This document shows positions 37,951 through 48,901 of a DNA stretch of 64,000 nt, in pieces. Position 1 is the stretch's first letter; each line of letters begins with the position of its first letter. The DNA is from Patescibacteria group bacterium (GTDB lineage: Bacteria > Patescibacteriota > Patescibacteriia > SG8-24 > DYFX01), in the NCBI GenBank assembly GCA_038062835.1, contig JBBTWH010000009.1, positions 8,257 to 72,256 on the forward strand, given 5' to 3'. Position numbers and translations under genes: made by a program. The notes beneath the pieces were generated by a model. That model was given only the letters and a program-made list of their open reading frames with translations. It was not told where the DNA came from and did no database searches.

Positions 37951-40900
37951 TCAGCGGTAGGTCACGGTGATGTCGTCGAGCGTCGGCGTCACCGAGGTAT
38001 CGCCCGTCGCGAGCAGGGCGCGGTACTGGAGATAGCGGCTGACGGGGGCAGTGATGGCCGTGCCGGTGGCGACGGTCATCTCGGAGGTGAACGGCGACCA
38101 GCCGCCGTCCGGCGTCGGCGTGTTGCCGGTCCGGATGGCGACGGTCAGCGTGGTCATGGCCGGAATCGACCTGTTCCAAAACGAGACCATCGGCGTCGAG
38201 GTCGCCACGTCCATGTCGAGAATGGAGGAGAGGAAGGTACCGGTGGGCTGGTAGGTCGGCGGGTCTTTCAATAAGATTCCGAGCTTGCCGCAGATCCAAC
38301 CGTCGGTCGGGGCTTCGACGGTGATGCCGTAGAGGTGGCGGGTGGTCGGTGACGTGAAGCTCGTCCAGTTCGCGCCGTCCCACTGAATGATGGCGCCGGA
38401 GTCGCCGTTCGCCCAAGCTTCCGAGGAGGATCTCGCCTCCACCGCGTTCAGTGACGAGACGACGGGGCTCGTGACGGTCGACCAGAGCGTGCCGTTCCAG
38501 CGGACGATGACGCCGTTCGCGCCGACCGCCCAGCACGAGGTCGAAGACAGGCAATGGACGGCATTCAGGCGGCTGGCCGTCGGCGAGGTTTGCGTCGCCC
38601 ACAACGCGCCGTTCCAGCTGACGATGGTGCCTGAATCGCCGACGGCCCAACCAGTGACGGCATCGACCATCCAAACGCCGCGAAGCGCGTTGCCGGTCGG
38701 AGAAATCGCCGGAAGCCAGGCGACGCCGTTCCAATGGACGATAGTCCCGCCCTGGCCGACGGCAGCGCCGAAGGCGGATGAGGTCATCGATACCGAGAAG
38801 AGGTCGTTGCCCGTCGGACTGGACTGCACGGCCCAGGGCGCGTTGTTAAAGCGGATGATTTCTCCTTGATTGCCGACAGCGAAGGCGAGCGCCGACGAGA
38901 CCGCGTCGACGCCGTTCAGGTTACGGATCGTCGGCGAGGACGTGGCGGACCACGTGAGTCCGTCGTAGTGGATGATGGTGCCGACGCGGCCGACGGCCCA
39001 GACGTCCGAAGCGCCGGTGCCGTCGGTGTCATAGAGGTCCTGCGCGGTGACTGCGCTGTGGATCATGCGCACTTCCTGCAGGATGGAGGTCTGATACGAC
39101 TGCGAGTTGGTGAAGGTCACACGGTATTGGAGATAGCGGTTCGGCGGCGCCGTGATGGTCGCGCCGCCCGCGTCCGAATATTCGGAACTCCAGGCCGACC
39201 AGCTGCCGTCGGGCGTCGGCGTGGGGCCGCTGCGCACGGCCAGGGTCAGCGACGCGAACGGCTGGGTGGTGTAATCCCAGGCGATGGAGTTCCAGACGGC
39301 GGTCGAGGAGCCGCTGTCCACGACGGTGCTCGTGAAATACGCCGGCGACGTATAGAAGGCGGTGTAGTGATAGATGGCGCCGCCCTCGCCGACGGCCCAT
39401 CCATCCGTCGGCGTCATCAGGAAGACGCTCTGCACCAGCGGGTTGGACTGGTTGGCGAAGACGTACTGGGACCAGACGGCGCCGTCCCAATGCAGGAAGG
39501 TCTGTTCGATGCCGACCGCCCAGCACTCGGTCGAAGAGAGGCAGTGGACGTCGCGAAGCTCGTTGGGCGTATTGCTCGTCACGATATTCCATGCCGTGCC
39601 GTTCCAATGGCGCGTCATGCCGCCTGCGCCCACGGCGACGGCGAAGCTCGCGTCCACCATCGAGACGCCGTAGAAGGCGTTGGTGGTGCCCGATGTCATC
39701 GTCGACCAGGTCGTGCCGTTATATCGGATGATGGTGCCGTTACGGCCGACGGCGATGCAGTCGCTGGCGCTGGCGCAGCTCACGCTCTCCAGATCCTTGT
39801 TGACGGGACTCGTCATCGTCGCCCAGCTGGCGCCGTTCCACCTCAGGATCACGCCTGACTTGCCGACGGCGAAGGCCAGGCTGGCCGAGATGACGTCGAC
39901 GGCGAACAGGTCGAGGCCGGTCGGGCTCGAGAAGTTCGCCCAGCTGGCGCCGTTCCAACGGATGATGCGACCGTTCAGGCCCACGGCCCAGGCATCGGAG
40001 GTCGACGAAAAGTCGACGCCCTGCAAGGTATCGGTCGTCGGCGAGGCGAAGGTCGACCAGTTGGAGCCGTCGAAGCGCAGGATGTTACCGCCCTGGCCGA
40101 CGGACCACCCGTCGGAGGCCGAGGTCAGGACGGTATCGTACATCGTGGCGGACGTCGGGGCGTCGTAGGTGATCGTGATGTTGTTGAGCGACGGCGTGAC
40201 CTGCGTGTTGGTCGTCGACATCGTCAGGCGATACTGGATGTACCGGCTGTCGGCGTTCGCGATGACCGACCCGAACGGATCCGTCACTTCCCCGCTGAAG
40301 GCGGTCCAGCTGACGTCCGGCACGGCCACGTTGCCGGTGCGGACCGCGACCGTGAGGTCCGTGCCGCTGTCGAGGTCCTCGTTCCAGAAGAGCCGGTCCC
40401 AATTCGCGCTGGCCGTCGCGTCGAAGACATTCGAGGTGTAGGTGCCGGAGGTCGGATAGTTGGAACCGTATTTCAGGAAGGTCGGACCGGCGCCGACGGC
40501 GTATCCCTCGCCGGCCGACACCATATCGACCGCGTTGAGCTGGTTGACGGTGGGCGAAGCGACCGACGCCCAGCTCGTCCCGTTCCAATGGATGACCGCG
40601 CCAGTCACGCCGACGGCCGTACAGAACGACGCGGAGACGCAATCGACGTCAAGAAGGCTTACGGCCACCGGAGACGACACCGTGTTCCAGGCCGTGCCGT
40701 TGAAGCGCCGGATGACGCCGTTGTTGCCGACGATCCAGCCGTCGGTCGCCGAGACCATCTCGACGCCGTTCCATTGATGCGACCCAGTATCCGTATGAAG
40801 GCTCCAGGCCGTGCCGTTCCAGCGCCTGATCTCGCCAGCGGTCCCGACGACCCAGCAGTCCGAGGCCGTGACGCAGGTCACCGCGTACCACACTTGGCTG

Positions 40901-42168
40901 CCGGTATCGGTATGCGCGTTCCAGGCGGTGCCGTTCCAGCGCCTGATCTCGCCGCCGTTTCCGACGATCCAGCCGTCGGTCGCCGAGACCATCCGGACGG
41001 ACTGCCATTGCTGGTTGCCGACGTCGGCGAACTGGCTCCAGGCCGTGCCGTTCCAACGATAGATCTTGCCGGAGTCGCCGGCCGCCCAGCAATCTGAGGT
41101 CGTACGGCAGTGGACGCCGAAGACCTCCTGGTTGTTGAGGTCATGGGTCAGGACCCAGCCGGTGCCGTCCCAGCGATAAAACCGTCCGGATTGCCCGACC
41201 GCGCGGCCGTCTATCGACGACAGCATCGATATCTCGTACAGGGATCCGGCGCCAGGAGCCGGGGCCAGCGTGCCCCAGCTCGTGGAGTTGGCCAGGATGA
41301 CGCGCCCGAGGTCGCCCGTGTCGGCCACCACCGTGCCGCTGAAGGAACCGTCATTGAAATGCGTGTGGGTGGTCTCGAAGAAGCTCTTGCCGGCGATGAT
41401 CTGGATCCATTCCGGATCGCCGGTTCCCGTGACCGACGACGGCGTGCCGCTGCCGCTCACGACGGTGTCCTGGAAGGCGCCGGGGCCGAAGTCGGTATCG
41501 GTCGTGTGGGTGACGAGAAGCCCCTCAGCCGGCGTCCAGGTCTTCACGCCCGTCGTCGAGAGCTGGAGGCTGGCGCCGTCGCCGGTGCCGTAGACTTCCG
41601 TGGCGTTGTGCGTGCCAGCGTTGAAATCGACGTCGGTCGTCTGCTTCCAGTCATAGACGCCCCAGTCGGTCAGATACATCGACCGCGTGACGTCGCGCGG
41701 GATGGCCAGGACGCCGGAGTTCCAAAGGACCGCCACGACGACCTTGCGCGTGCGCGGGTCGACCGTGCCGCCGGACGCGACGATGACGTTCAGGCCGTCC
41801 CGTTCCACTTCGGTGACCGTCACGGTCCGCGTGTAGGTGCCGTCGATCTGGTCGGAGGCTCCCAGGAAGACCCAGTTGCCGCTTCCGTCCTGCGCGAGGC
41901 CGTGCGTGCCGAGCGCGAGGTCGCTCCAGCGGTTCTCCTTGATGGCGCGCGCCGCCTCAAGGCCCTGCGTGGCGAGGAACGTGGCGCGCGTGCGGTCGGC
42001 GCCCGATGCCGCCGACGCCAGCGGGTTCAGCACGAGCAGGATGACGCCGCTCGCGAGCACGGCGAAGACGCCGACCGCGATCAGCACCTCCATGACGGAT
42101 TGTCCCGCGTAAAAGCCCATCCGGGGCTCACGCGGCGATGCGCGCTTATTCTGCCACCACGCGGCCAT
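37951..42168 (-). CDS. Giant PilV-like pilin with three Trp-rich beta-propeller repeat blocks
   Basis: GQSVMEVLIAVGVF prepilin motif; many W.VG..G.I..W.G..W repeats; three RY(I/L)QYR modules; start could be 42120. Confidence 0.85.
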   Translation of the reverse strand: MAAWWQNKRASPREPRMGFYAGQSVMEVLIAVGVFAVLASGVILLVLNPLASAASGADRTRATFLATQGLEAARAIKENRWSDLALGTHGLAQDGSGNWVFLGASDQIDGTYTRTVTVTEVERDGLNVIVASGGTVDPRTRKVVVAVLWNSGVLAIPRDVTRSMYLTDWGVYDWKQTTDVDFNAGTHNATEVYGTGDGASLQLSTTGVKTWTPAEGLLVTHTTDTDFGPGAFQDTVVSGSGTPSSVTGTGDPEWIQIIAGKSFFETTHTHFNDGSFSGTVVADTGDLGRVILANSTSWGTLAPAPGAGSLYEISMLSSIDGRAVGQSGRFYRWDGTGWVLTHDLNNQEVFGVHCRTTSDCWAAGDSGKIYRWNGTAWSQFADVGNQQWQSVRMVSATDGWIVGNGGEIRRWNGTAWNAHTDTGSQVWYAVTCVTASDCWVVGTAGEIRRWNGTAWSLHTDTGSHQWNGVEMVSATDGWIVGNNGVIRRFNGTAWNTVSSPVAVSLLDVDCVSASFCTAVGVTGAVIHWNGTSWASVASPTVNQLNAVDMVSAGEGYAVGAGPTFLKYGSNYPTSGTYTSNVFDATASANWDRLFWNEDLDSGTDLTVAVRTGNVAVPDVSWTAFSGEVTDPFGSVIANADSRYIQYRLTMSTTNTQVTPSLNNITITYDAPTSATMYDTVLTSASDGWSVGQGGNILRFDGSNWSTFASPTTDTLQGVDFSSTSDAWAVGLNGRIIRWNGASWANFSSPTGLDLFAVDVISASLAFAVGKSGVILRWNGASWATMTSPVNKDLESVSCASASDCIAVGRNGTIIRYNGTTWSTMTSGTTNAFYGVSMVDASFAVAVGAGGMTRHWNGTAWNIVTSNTPNELRDVHCLSSTECWAVGIEQTFLHWDGAVWSQYVFANQSNPLVQSVFLMTPTDGWAVGEGGAIYHYTAFYTSPAYFTSTVVDSGSSTAVWNSIAWDYTTQPFASLTLAVRSGPTPTPDGSWSAWSSEYSDAGGATITAPPNRYLQYRVTFTNSQSYQTSILQEVRMIHSAVTAQDLYDTDGTGASDVWAVGRVGTIIHYDGLTWSATSSPTIRNLNGVDAVSSALAFAVGNQGEIIRFNNAPWAVQSSPTGNDLFSVSMTSSAFGAAVGQGGTIVHWNGVAWLPAISPTGNALRGVWMVDAVTGWAVGDSGTIVSWNGALWATQTSPTASRLNAVHCLSSTSCWAVGANGVIVRWNGTLWSTVTSPVVSSLNAVEARSSSEAWANGDSGAIIQWDGANWTSFTSPTTRHLYGITVEAPTDGWICGKLGILLKDPPTYQPTGTFLSSILDMDVATSTPMVSFWNRSIPAMTTLTVAIRTGNTPTPDGGWSPFTSEMTVATGTAITAPVSRYLQYRALLATGDTSVTPTLDDITVTYR

Positions 42169-42616
42169 AGGCGTTGATGATGACGGTGCGCGTCGCCGAA
42201 TCGACGCCCGTCAGGGTGATGGAACCTGTCGAAGCGGCCGCGCCGTGGAAGCGGGTGAAGGTCACGTCGCAGCCGCCGCCGACATCCACGCCGGTGACGG
42301 TCACGTTACTCGGCAGATCGAAGGTGTCGAGCGTGTCAGTGGCCGAGGTGAAGCTGGCGCCGCGGAAGATGTGGTACTTGGTCGTCGGCAGGGCGCAACC
42401 GTCCGTCTCCGAGAAGTGGACGCCCCATCTGTCGCCGAAGTGGCCGGAAAGCGCCTGCGTCTCGGCGCGGCGGATGACGTCGACGACGCCGGTCAGTCCG
42501 TCTTCCAAGGCGTTGCGCGTCTGGAACGAATACAACGGGACCGTCGTCACCGCTACGATGACGCCGAAGAGAGCGACGACCAGGACGAGTTCGAGCGCCG
42601 AAAATCCAGCGCGCAT
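42146..42616 (-). CDS. FimT/GspH-like minor pilin
   Basis: AGFSALELVLVVAL; IRRAETQALSG; C-terminal INAYGRV. Confidence 0.8.
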   Translation of the reverse strand: MRAGFSALELVLVVALFGVIVAVTTVPLYSFQTRNALEDGLTGVVDVIRRAETQALSGHFGDRWGVHFSETDGCALPTTKYHIFRGASFTSATDTLDTFDLPSNVTVTGVDVGGGCDVTFTRFHGAAASTGSITLTGVDSATRTVIINAYGRVVAE

Positions 42617-42617
42617 G

Positions 42618-43826
42618 CTAAAGGCGTTCGATATTGCCGATGAAGTTGTAGATCGGCGTGATGATGGCGACGGCGATGTAGGCGACGGTCAGGCCGATGA
42701 CGATGAGCAGGACCGGCTCGAGGATCGTCGAGAGGTTCTTGGTGGTCACGTCGACCTCGTCCTCGTAGAACTCCGCCAGGTACTGGAAGGTCTCCTCGAG
42801 CTTTCCGCTGCGTTCGCCGACGGCGAGCATCCTGGTGCAGATCGACGGGAAGAGCCGCGGGAACTCCTCAAGGACGGTCGAAGCCGGCACGCCGGTCTCC
42901 GTCCCCTGCTTCACCCGCAAAAGCGCCTTCTTGAAGCGGGCGTTCCTGAGGGTGTTCGAGACGATCTCGAAGGCGTCGCCGATCGTGATGCCGGACTTGA
43001 GGAGCGTCGCCATCGTGCGGGCGAACATCGCCAGGTTGAAATTGCGCGCCAAGAGGCCGAAGACGGGAACCCTGAGCAGCACGCCGTGGCTGAACGGACG
43101 GACGGGCTTCCAGCCCAGGAATTGGATCAGTCCGAAAATCCCGGCGATCACGCCGATCGTGAACGGCACGCCGTAGGCGACCATGAAGCGCGAGAAGCCG
43201 ATCATCAGGCGGGTCGCCAGCGGCAGCTCGACCGAGATGGAATCGAAGAGGCCGATGACGCGCGGCAGGACGAAGAGCGAAAGGCCCATGCCGATGCCGG
43301 ACGCCGCGACCAGCACCAGGACCGGGTAGATCATCGCGCCGCGGATCTTGCGCTGGAGATCGTAGCTCTTGGTCAGCTGCAGGGCCAGGTCGTCGAGGCT
43401 GCGCTCGAGCGTGCCGCTCGATTCGCCGGAGCGGACGGTGGCGATGAACAGCTCCGAGAAGATCTTAGGATATTGAGCGAAGCCCTCCGAAAGCTGGCGG
43501 CCGCCCTCGACGGCGACGAGCACGCCCATCAACGCCTTGCGGAAGCGTCCCTGCGCCTGCTCTGCCAGCACGCGCACCGCCTCGTCGATCGGCAGTCCTG
43601 CCTTGATCATCAGCGACATGTGCTTGGCGAACGTGACCTTCATCACGTTCGGCACCCAGCCGATGCCGAGCAGGTTCACGAAATTTCCGCCGGCGTCGCG
43701 GCGCAAAGACACCACGAGCAAACCCGCGGCGCGGATCTGCTCGGCGGCCTCCTCGGAGGAACGCGCGTCGATGACGCCGTTCTCGATCTTGCCTTGCGGG
43801 GTCGTGGCGCTGTATTTGAAACGCAT
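42618..43826 (-). CDS. pilC: Type IV pilus platform protein PilC (GspF family)
   Basis: MIKAGLPI, GESSGTL, AMIYP, VGERSGKL, LEP. Confidence 0.92.
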   Translation of the reverse strand: MRFKYSATTPQGKIENGVIDARSSEEAAEQIRAAGLLVVSLRRDAGGNFVNLLGIGWVPNVMKVTFAKHMSLMIKAGLPIDEAVRVLAEQAQGRFRKALMGVLVAVEGGRQLSEGFAQYPKIFSELFIATVRSGESSGTLERSLDDLALQLTKSYDLQRKIRGAMIYPVLVLVAASGIGMGLSLFVLPRVIGLFDSISVELPLATRLMIGFSRFMVAYGVPFTIGVIAGIFGLIQFLGWKPVRPFSHGVLLRVPVFGLLARNFNLAMFARTMATLLKSGITIGDAFEIVSNTLRNARFKKALLRVKQGTETGVPASTVLEEFPRLFPSICTRMLAVGERSGKLEETFQYLAEFYEDEVDVTTKNLSTILEPVLLIVIGLTVAYIAVAIITPIYNFIGNIERL

Positions 43827-43847
43827 GTTCCTCCTTTATGCGGGGCT

Positions 43848-45551
43848 TCAGTCGTGCATGGTGCGGAGCAGCTCCTCGACGGTCGTGAGGCCGTTCAAGA
43901 CCTTGCTGATGCCGTCCTCGAGCATGGTGGTCATGCCCTGCGCTATGGCTTCGCGCTCGATGTCGTCGGCGTTGGCGCGGCTCATGATGAGCTTCCGGAT
44001 CGTCTCGTTCATCTCGACGAGTTCGAAGATGCCGATGCGGCCGATGTACCCGGTGTGCCGGCAGAGCTCGCACTTCGCGCCGCTGTAGATCGTCAGGCTC
44101 TTCTTCTTGCCGAAGAGGCGCCGGGAAAGGTCTTCAGAGACGCCGGCTGCCTTCGCCTCGCTCATGCTCATCGTACCGCTTTTCCGGCATTTCGGACAGA
44201 TGCGCCGGACGAGACGCTGGGCGATGATGAGATTGATGGACGACGCGATCAGGAACGGCTCTACCTTCATGTCCAAAAGGCGCGGCAGGGTCGTGGCCGC
44301 GTTGTTGGTGTGCAGCGTGGAGAGTACCAGGTGGCCCGTCATCGCCGAGTTCACGGCGATGCCGGCGGTCTCCTCGTCGCGGATCTCGCCGACCATGATG
44401 ATGTCCGGGTTCTGGCGGACGATGGCGCGCAGCCCGGCGGCGAAGGTGATGCCCGTCTTGGGGTTGACCTGGATCTGGCTGACGCCGGCGATGTCGTATT
44501 CGATCGGATCCTCGATGGTGGTGATGTTCACCTCCGGCGTGTTGAGGATCTTCATCATCGCGTAAAGCGTCGTCGTCTTGCCCGAGCCGGTCGGGCCCGT
44601 CGACAGGATCATGCCGAACGGCTTCTTCATCGCGCGCATCGTCTTCTCGACGTCCGGGTCCGAAAGGCCGATGGACTCGAGATAGAAGTGCTTGCCGCGC
44701 TCGGTCAGCAGGCGCATCACGACCTTCTCGCCTTCGATGATCGGCACGATGTTGATGCGGACGTCGACCGTCTCGCCTTCCAGCAGGGTGCGGATCTTGC
44801 CGTCCTGCGCCGCGAAGTGCTCATCGGTGCGCAGGCGTCCCATGATCTTGAGGCGCGTGACGATCAGGTCGTGCATGTACTTCGGATACCGGACGATGTC
44901 GTGCATCAGGCCGTCGATGCGGAAACGAACCAGCGCTTCCTTCTCGCGCGGCTCGATGTGCATGTCGGAAGAACCGGCCTGATACGCGTAGAGCAGGAGC
45001 GTATCGACGATCTGGACGATCGGCAGCTCCTTCAGGGCGTCTTCGGGGGAGATGTCCGGCTTCTCGGCGAGCTTGCGCTCGATCTCGGAAATGATGGCCT
45101 GGAAGACGCTCTTGATGTCCTTGCGATAGCGGGCGGCCACCAGTTCGATGTCGCTTCGGGTCGCGTAGTAGAGCCGGATTTCCTTGCCGCGAAGCTTCTT
45201 GCGCAGGGCGGCGACGGCTTCCAGGTTCGCCGGGTCATTGACGGCGACGGCGACGGCTTCTTCGACGCGCCGGAACGGCATGACCCAGCTGCGCTTGACC
45301 ATCTCGACCGGGATGAGCCTCAGCACATCCTCGGGAATCGCCTCGTTGCGGAGGTTGATGTACGGGACCTTGTAGATGTCGGCCATCAGCCGGCCCATGT
45401 TCTCGTCGGTGATGATGTTCCGTTCGACGAGAAAATCGACCAGCGGCTCGCCGCGGTCGCTGGCGCTCTGATACGCGGCTTCCAGCTTCTCGGCCGGTAA
45501 GACATCCAGCTCGCTGAGCGCCGATTTCAATGTGTCGTTGGAAATCGCCAC
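43848..45551 (-). CDS. pilB: Type IV pilus assembly ATPase PilB (GspE family)
   Basis: SDMHIEP, GPTGSGKTTT, TIEDPIEY, RQNPDIIMVGEIRD, TGHLVLSTLHTN, tetracysteine motif. Confidence 0.95.
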   Translation of the reverse strand: MAISNDTLKSALSELDVLPAEKLEAAYQSASDRGEPLVDFLVERNIITDENMGRLMADIYKVPYINLRNEAIPEDVLRLIPVEMVKRSWVMPFRRVEEAVAVAVNDPANLEAVAALRKKLRGKEIRLYYATRSDIELVAARYRKDIKSVFQAIISEIERKLAEKPDISPEDALKELPIVQIVDTLLLYAYQAGSSDMHIEPREKEALVRFRIDGLMHDIVRYPKYMHDLIVTRLKIMGRLRTDEHFAAQDGKIRTLLEGETVDVRINIVPIIEGEKVVMRLLTERGKHFYLESIGLSDPDVEKTMRAMKKPFGMILSTGPTGSGKTTTLYAMMKILNTPEVNITTIEDPIEYDIAGVSQIQVNPKTGITFAAGLRAIVRQNPDIIMVGEIRDEETAGIAVNSAMTGHLVLSTLHTNNAATTLPRLLDMKVEPFLIASSINLIIAQRLVRRICPKCRKSGTMSMSEAKAAGVSEDLSRRLFGKKKSLTIYSGAKCELCRHTGYIGRIGIFELVEMNETIRKLIMSRANADDIEREAIAQGMTTMLEDGISKVLNGLTTVEELLRTMHD

Positions 45552-45596
45552 AGGGTTCCTCCTTCATCCCGCCCCTTGCGCCGCGCGGCGTCGAGG

Positions 45597-45986
45597 TTAT
45601 TTCCTCTTATCGAGCGTCTCCCGGATCTTGGCGACGATGTCCTGAATCGAGAAATTTGCTTTGACGAGATAGCTGTCGGCTCCGAGGGCTTCGGCCCGCT
45701 TGATGTCTTCCTCCTGTCCGAGGTTCGAAAGCACGATGACGGGCGTCGTCTTGTTGGCGGACGAAGCGCGCATCTTCTCGAGCGCCTCGAAACCGTTCAT
45801 CTTCGGAAGGATCAGGTCGAGCAGGATGATGTCCGGTTCGATTTCCTGGGCCAAGCGCACGGCCTCTTCGCCGTCGTTGGCGATCGAGACGTCGAAACCC
45901 TCCTTCTTCAGCTTGACGGCGTAAATCTTGACGAGAAACGTCTCGTCTTCGACGACCAGGATTTTAGGGCTGCTTTTGGCGGTCAT
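45597..45986 (-). CDS. Single-domain response regulator
   Basis: ILVVEDE, ILLDLILPKMNG, LSN, YLVK. Confidence 0.92.
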   Translation of the reverse strand: MTAKSSPKILVVEDETFLVKIYAVKLKKEGFDVSIANDGEEAVRLAQEIEPDIILLDLILPKMNGFEALEKMRASSANKTTPVIVLSNLGQEEDIKRAEALGADSYLVKANFSIQDIVAKIRETLDKRK

Positions 45987-45995
45987 GATGTCGGA

Positions 45996-46370
45996 CTATG
46001 GTCCGCCGAGGCGGTCGTTCACCTTCTTGAGCACGTCGTCGAGCGAATAGTTGGCCTTCACGAGGAAATCGAAGGTGCCGAGCTGCATCGCTTCCGCGAC
46101 CTTGTCGCCCGAGCTTAGATTGGTGAGGATGATGACCGGCAGGGCGCGCATGGCGTCGTCAGCCTTCATCAGGTGGAGGACGCTGATGCCGTCGAGCTTC
46201 GGCATGATGAGGTCCAGCAAGACGAGGTCCGGTTTCGAAGCGCGGAGCGTGCCGATCGCCTCCTCTCCGTCGGCGGCCGTGACGACGGCGTACCCGACGT
46301 GCTCGAGCTTGTTCTTGAGCGCCCGCTGCATGCTCTGTTCGTCCTCGACGATCAGGACTGTCTTGGCCAT
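45996..46370 (-). CDS. Single-domain response regulator
   Basis: VLIVEDE, VLLDLIMPKLDG, LTN, FLVK. Confidence 0.92.
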   Translation of the reverse strand: MAKTVLIVEDEQSMQRALKNKLEHVGYAVVTAADGEEAIGTLRASKPDLVLLDLIMPKLDGISVLHLMKADDAMRALPVIILTNLSSGDKVAEAMQLGTFDFLVKANYSLDDVLKKVNDRLGGP

Positions 46371-46391
46371 GTGGAATTTCTGACGGGATTC

Positions 46392-48901
46392 TTATGGCGC
46401 CAGTGTACCGCCGTCCTCCGAGACAGGCAAGGCCTTGGGAGCGTTCGGAAGCGCGATGTTGAAGGTCGTTCCCTTATTCTCCTTCGACGTGAACCAGACG
46501 CGGCCGCCGGAAAGCTCGATGATCGTCTTGACGAAGTAAAGCCCCAGGCCGGTACCGACCGTCTCCAGCGCGGCCACGTTCTCGCCGCGAAAGAACTTGG
46601 CGAAGACGCGGTACTGCTGGCCTTCCGGAATGCCTAAGCCGGTGTCCTTCACGCGGAAGACGGTCTCCCCGCCTTCGACGAAGACGTCGAGGGCGATCGA
46701 GCCGCCTTCAGGCGTATATTTCACGGCGTTGCCGATGATGTTCGAAAATGCCTGGCCAGCCAGATTGGGATCGGCATAGAACGTAGCGACGTCCTTCGCG
46801 ACCGCCTGCGTGAACGCCAGCTGCCGTTGGCGGATGAGCGGCGATAATTCCTTGACCGCCGCCTCGACGAAGGCGCGCGCGTCGACGTGCTCCGGGACGG
46901 GCTTGACCCGTCCGGCCTCGATCCTCGAGATGTCGAGCAGGCTGCCGACCAGCCTGACCATGCGCACGACGGACGTCGACAAGTCGCTCAGATACTCCTT
47001 CTGCGTCGGCTTGAGCGGGCCGGCGTCACCCTCCAGAAGCAAGTCAAGGAACCAGCGCATCGCGGACAACGGCGTGCGCAGCTGGTGCGACGCGATAGAG
47101 ATGAAATCCGATTTTTGGCGGTCGATCTCGCGCTCGACCGTCACGTCGCGGAACGCGGCGACGATGCCGGTCGTGCGGCTATCCTCGTCGAGATACGGCG
47201 CGACGGTGCCGGAGACCGGCACGAAGCTGCCGTCCGCGCGGGCGAGCCGCAGGCGCTCTCCCAGCGCGCCGGCGCGGCGCGGGCCGCGACGAAGGCGTCC
47301 GTCCGCATCACGACGTCATCCTCGCGGAACAGCCGTAGGACGCGTTCGATGGGCTGCCCGATGACGTCCCTCGCCTCCATGCCGATGATGCGCGCGGCGG
47401 TGGGGTTGCATCGGAAAATCTTCCCGTCCTTGCCGGAGGCCACCACGCCTTCCGCGAGGGCGTCGAAGCTGGCGGATTCGCGCCGCCGCTCGGATTCGAT
47501 CTGCCGCTTGGACTCCTCGACGTCCTCCAGGAGGTTCATCAACGCCGTACGCATATCGACCAGATCACGGTTCAGTCGACGCTGAGTCACGGCATCATCC
47601 TCGGCACGGGCCTTCGCGATCGCGGTGGCTTTCAAGGATTCGGACAGGTTTTCGTTGGTCTTTTTCAGCTGCGCGCTCTCGCGCGCTCGGTTGCGGCTGG
47701 AGATGAAGACGTAGGTCCCGGTGATCGCCATGGCCACGGTCAGGGTCGCGTGCTCATTCGTCCAGCCCAGTCGCGCGCGCAGGCCGGAAGGCACGAATAC
47801 CTCGAAGAGGAAAAAGGCGTAGTAGGCCGCCACGGGATAGAGCGTCCATATCGGCGACAAGACGAGCGATCCGGCGAAGATGGTCACGAACGTCAGGTAG
47901 GTGAACGGGCTCTCGATGCCTCCGGTGGCATGCATCAGCAGGCTGAGGCTGACGACCACGGACGACAGCGGCAGCAGGTAGGTGCGCAGGGTGGCTTTGG
48001 CGGCGGGAATCAGCTGGTAGCTGACGGTGGTCAAGGCTGCGATGACGAGGATCGACGGGAAGTATTCCGCCGTATCGATTCCTCCATACCTGCCGTACAC
48101 GGCAGAGACGGCTACCACTCCCCAGACGTTCATCTCGCCGAGCTGCTGGTGGCGGATAATCGCCAGCCGGCTCCCATCGAGGCCAGAGGCGTCTACCGCC
48201 CGCGTCTGGTTATCGGAGGCGTACCAGCTCAGGATCAAGACGCCGAAGAGCGCGCAGATGGACATGGCTCCTATCGTCGTCCCGTCAGCCGAGGCCGCCA
48301 GGGCGGCGGCGGAACCGGCCAAGATCGCGACGCAGACCCTGAACCGGCCGAAGACGGAACGCCATTCGCAGAATGCGATCAGGAGGCCGCTGAGGAACGA
48401 CAGCGTGAGAGGCACGGAAATAGACTGGCCGCCGGCCGGACCTGAGGCGGCGGAAGAAGGAATCGCGAGCGCGCCGATCCAGGCCGCGATAGGGACGAGC
48501 ATGTAAGCGGCGGCGACCGCAAGCGCGGCGAGGTTGATTTCTGCGGCCGGGACCTCGGCTGGGTCGCCCTTGGTCCGATGCGCGGCATAGACCAGCACGG
48601 CCGCGAGCACCGCAGCCGAGACGACGGCCCGATCGTGCCCTGACCGCAGCTCCGGCATGAAAAACGAGTACGCAAGCACGGCCGCGACCGCCGCCGCCGC
48701 GACCAACCGCACGGACTCCATGCGCCTGTAGCGGTGCGAAGCGAAGGCTAGGCAGCCTGCGGCGACGGCGGTTACCGCGAAGAGGGCGCCGATCGCGTCT
48801 CGCGACGAAGCGGCGTCAAGGCCCGAAGCCGCCGCCAGGGAGAACATCTGGAACCCGGCGAGCGTCGTCATCCAATCGGTACGAAAACGGAAGCGTTTCA
48901 T
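46392..48901 (-). pseudogene. Membrane PAS sensor histidine kinase split by an apparent frameshift near 47265-47285 (real lesion or sequence error)
   Basis: ORF from ATG 48901 has many TMs, a coiled coil and the first half of a PAS domain. Another frame continues LGERLRLARADGSFVPVSGTVAP (PAC), ASHQLRTPL, NAVKYT, DTGLGIP, GTGLGL. Confidence 0.8.

Noticed and set aside
40680-41060. Near-identical DNA repeats in the giant pilin as a possible TR/VR pair
   Set aside because: They are in-frame tandem propeller-blade repeats and their differences are not confined to adenines.
42174-45500. 1108-aa plus-strand ORF, and similar long ORFs at 11325, 27445 and 50145
   Set aside because: Antisense to pilC/pilB, dnaK, the FtsI-like gene and kinase/GH genes; no motifs of their own.
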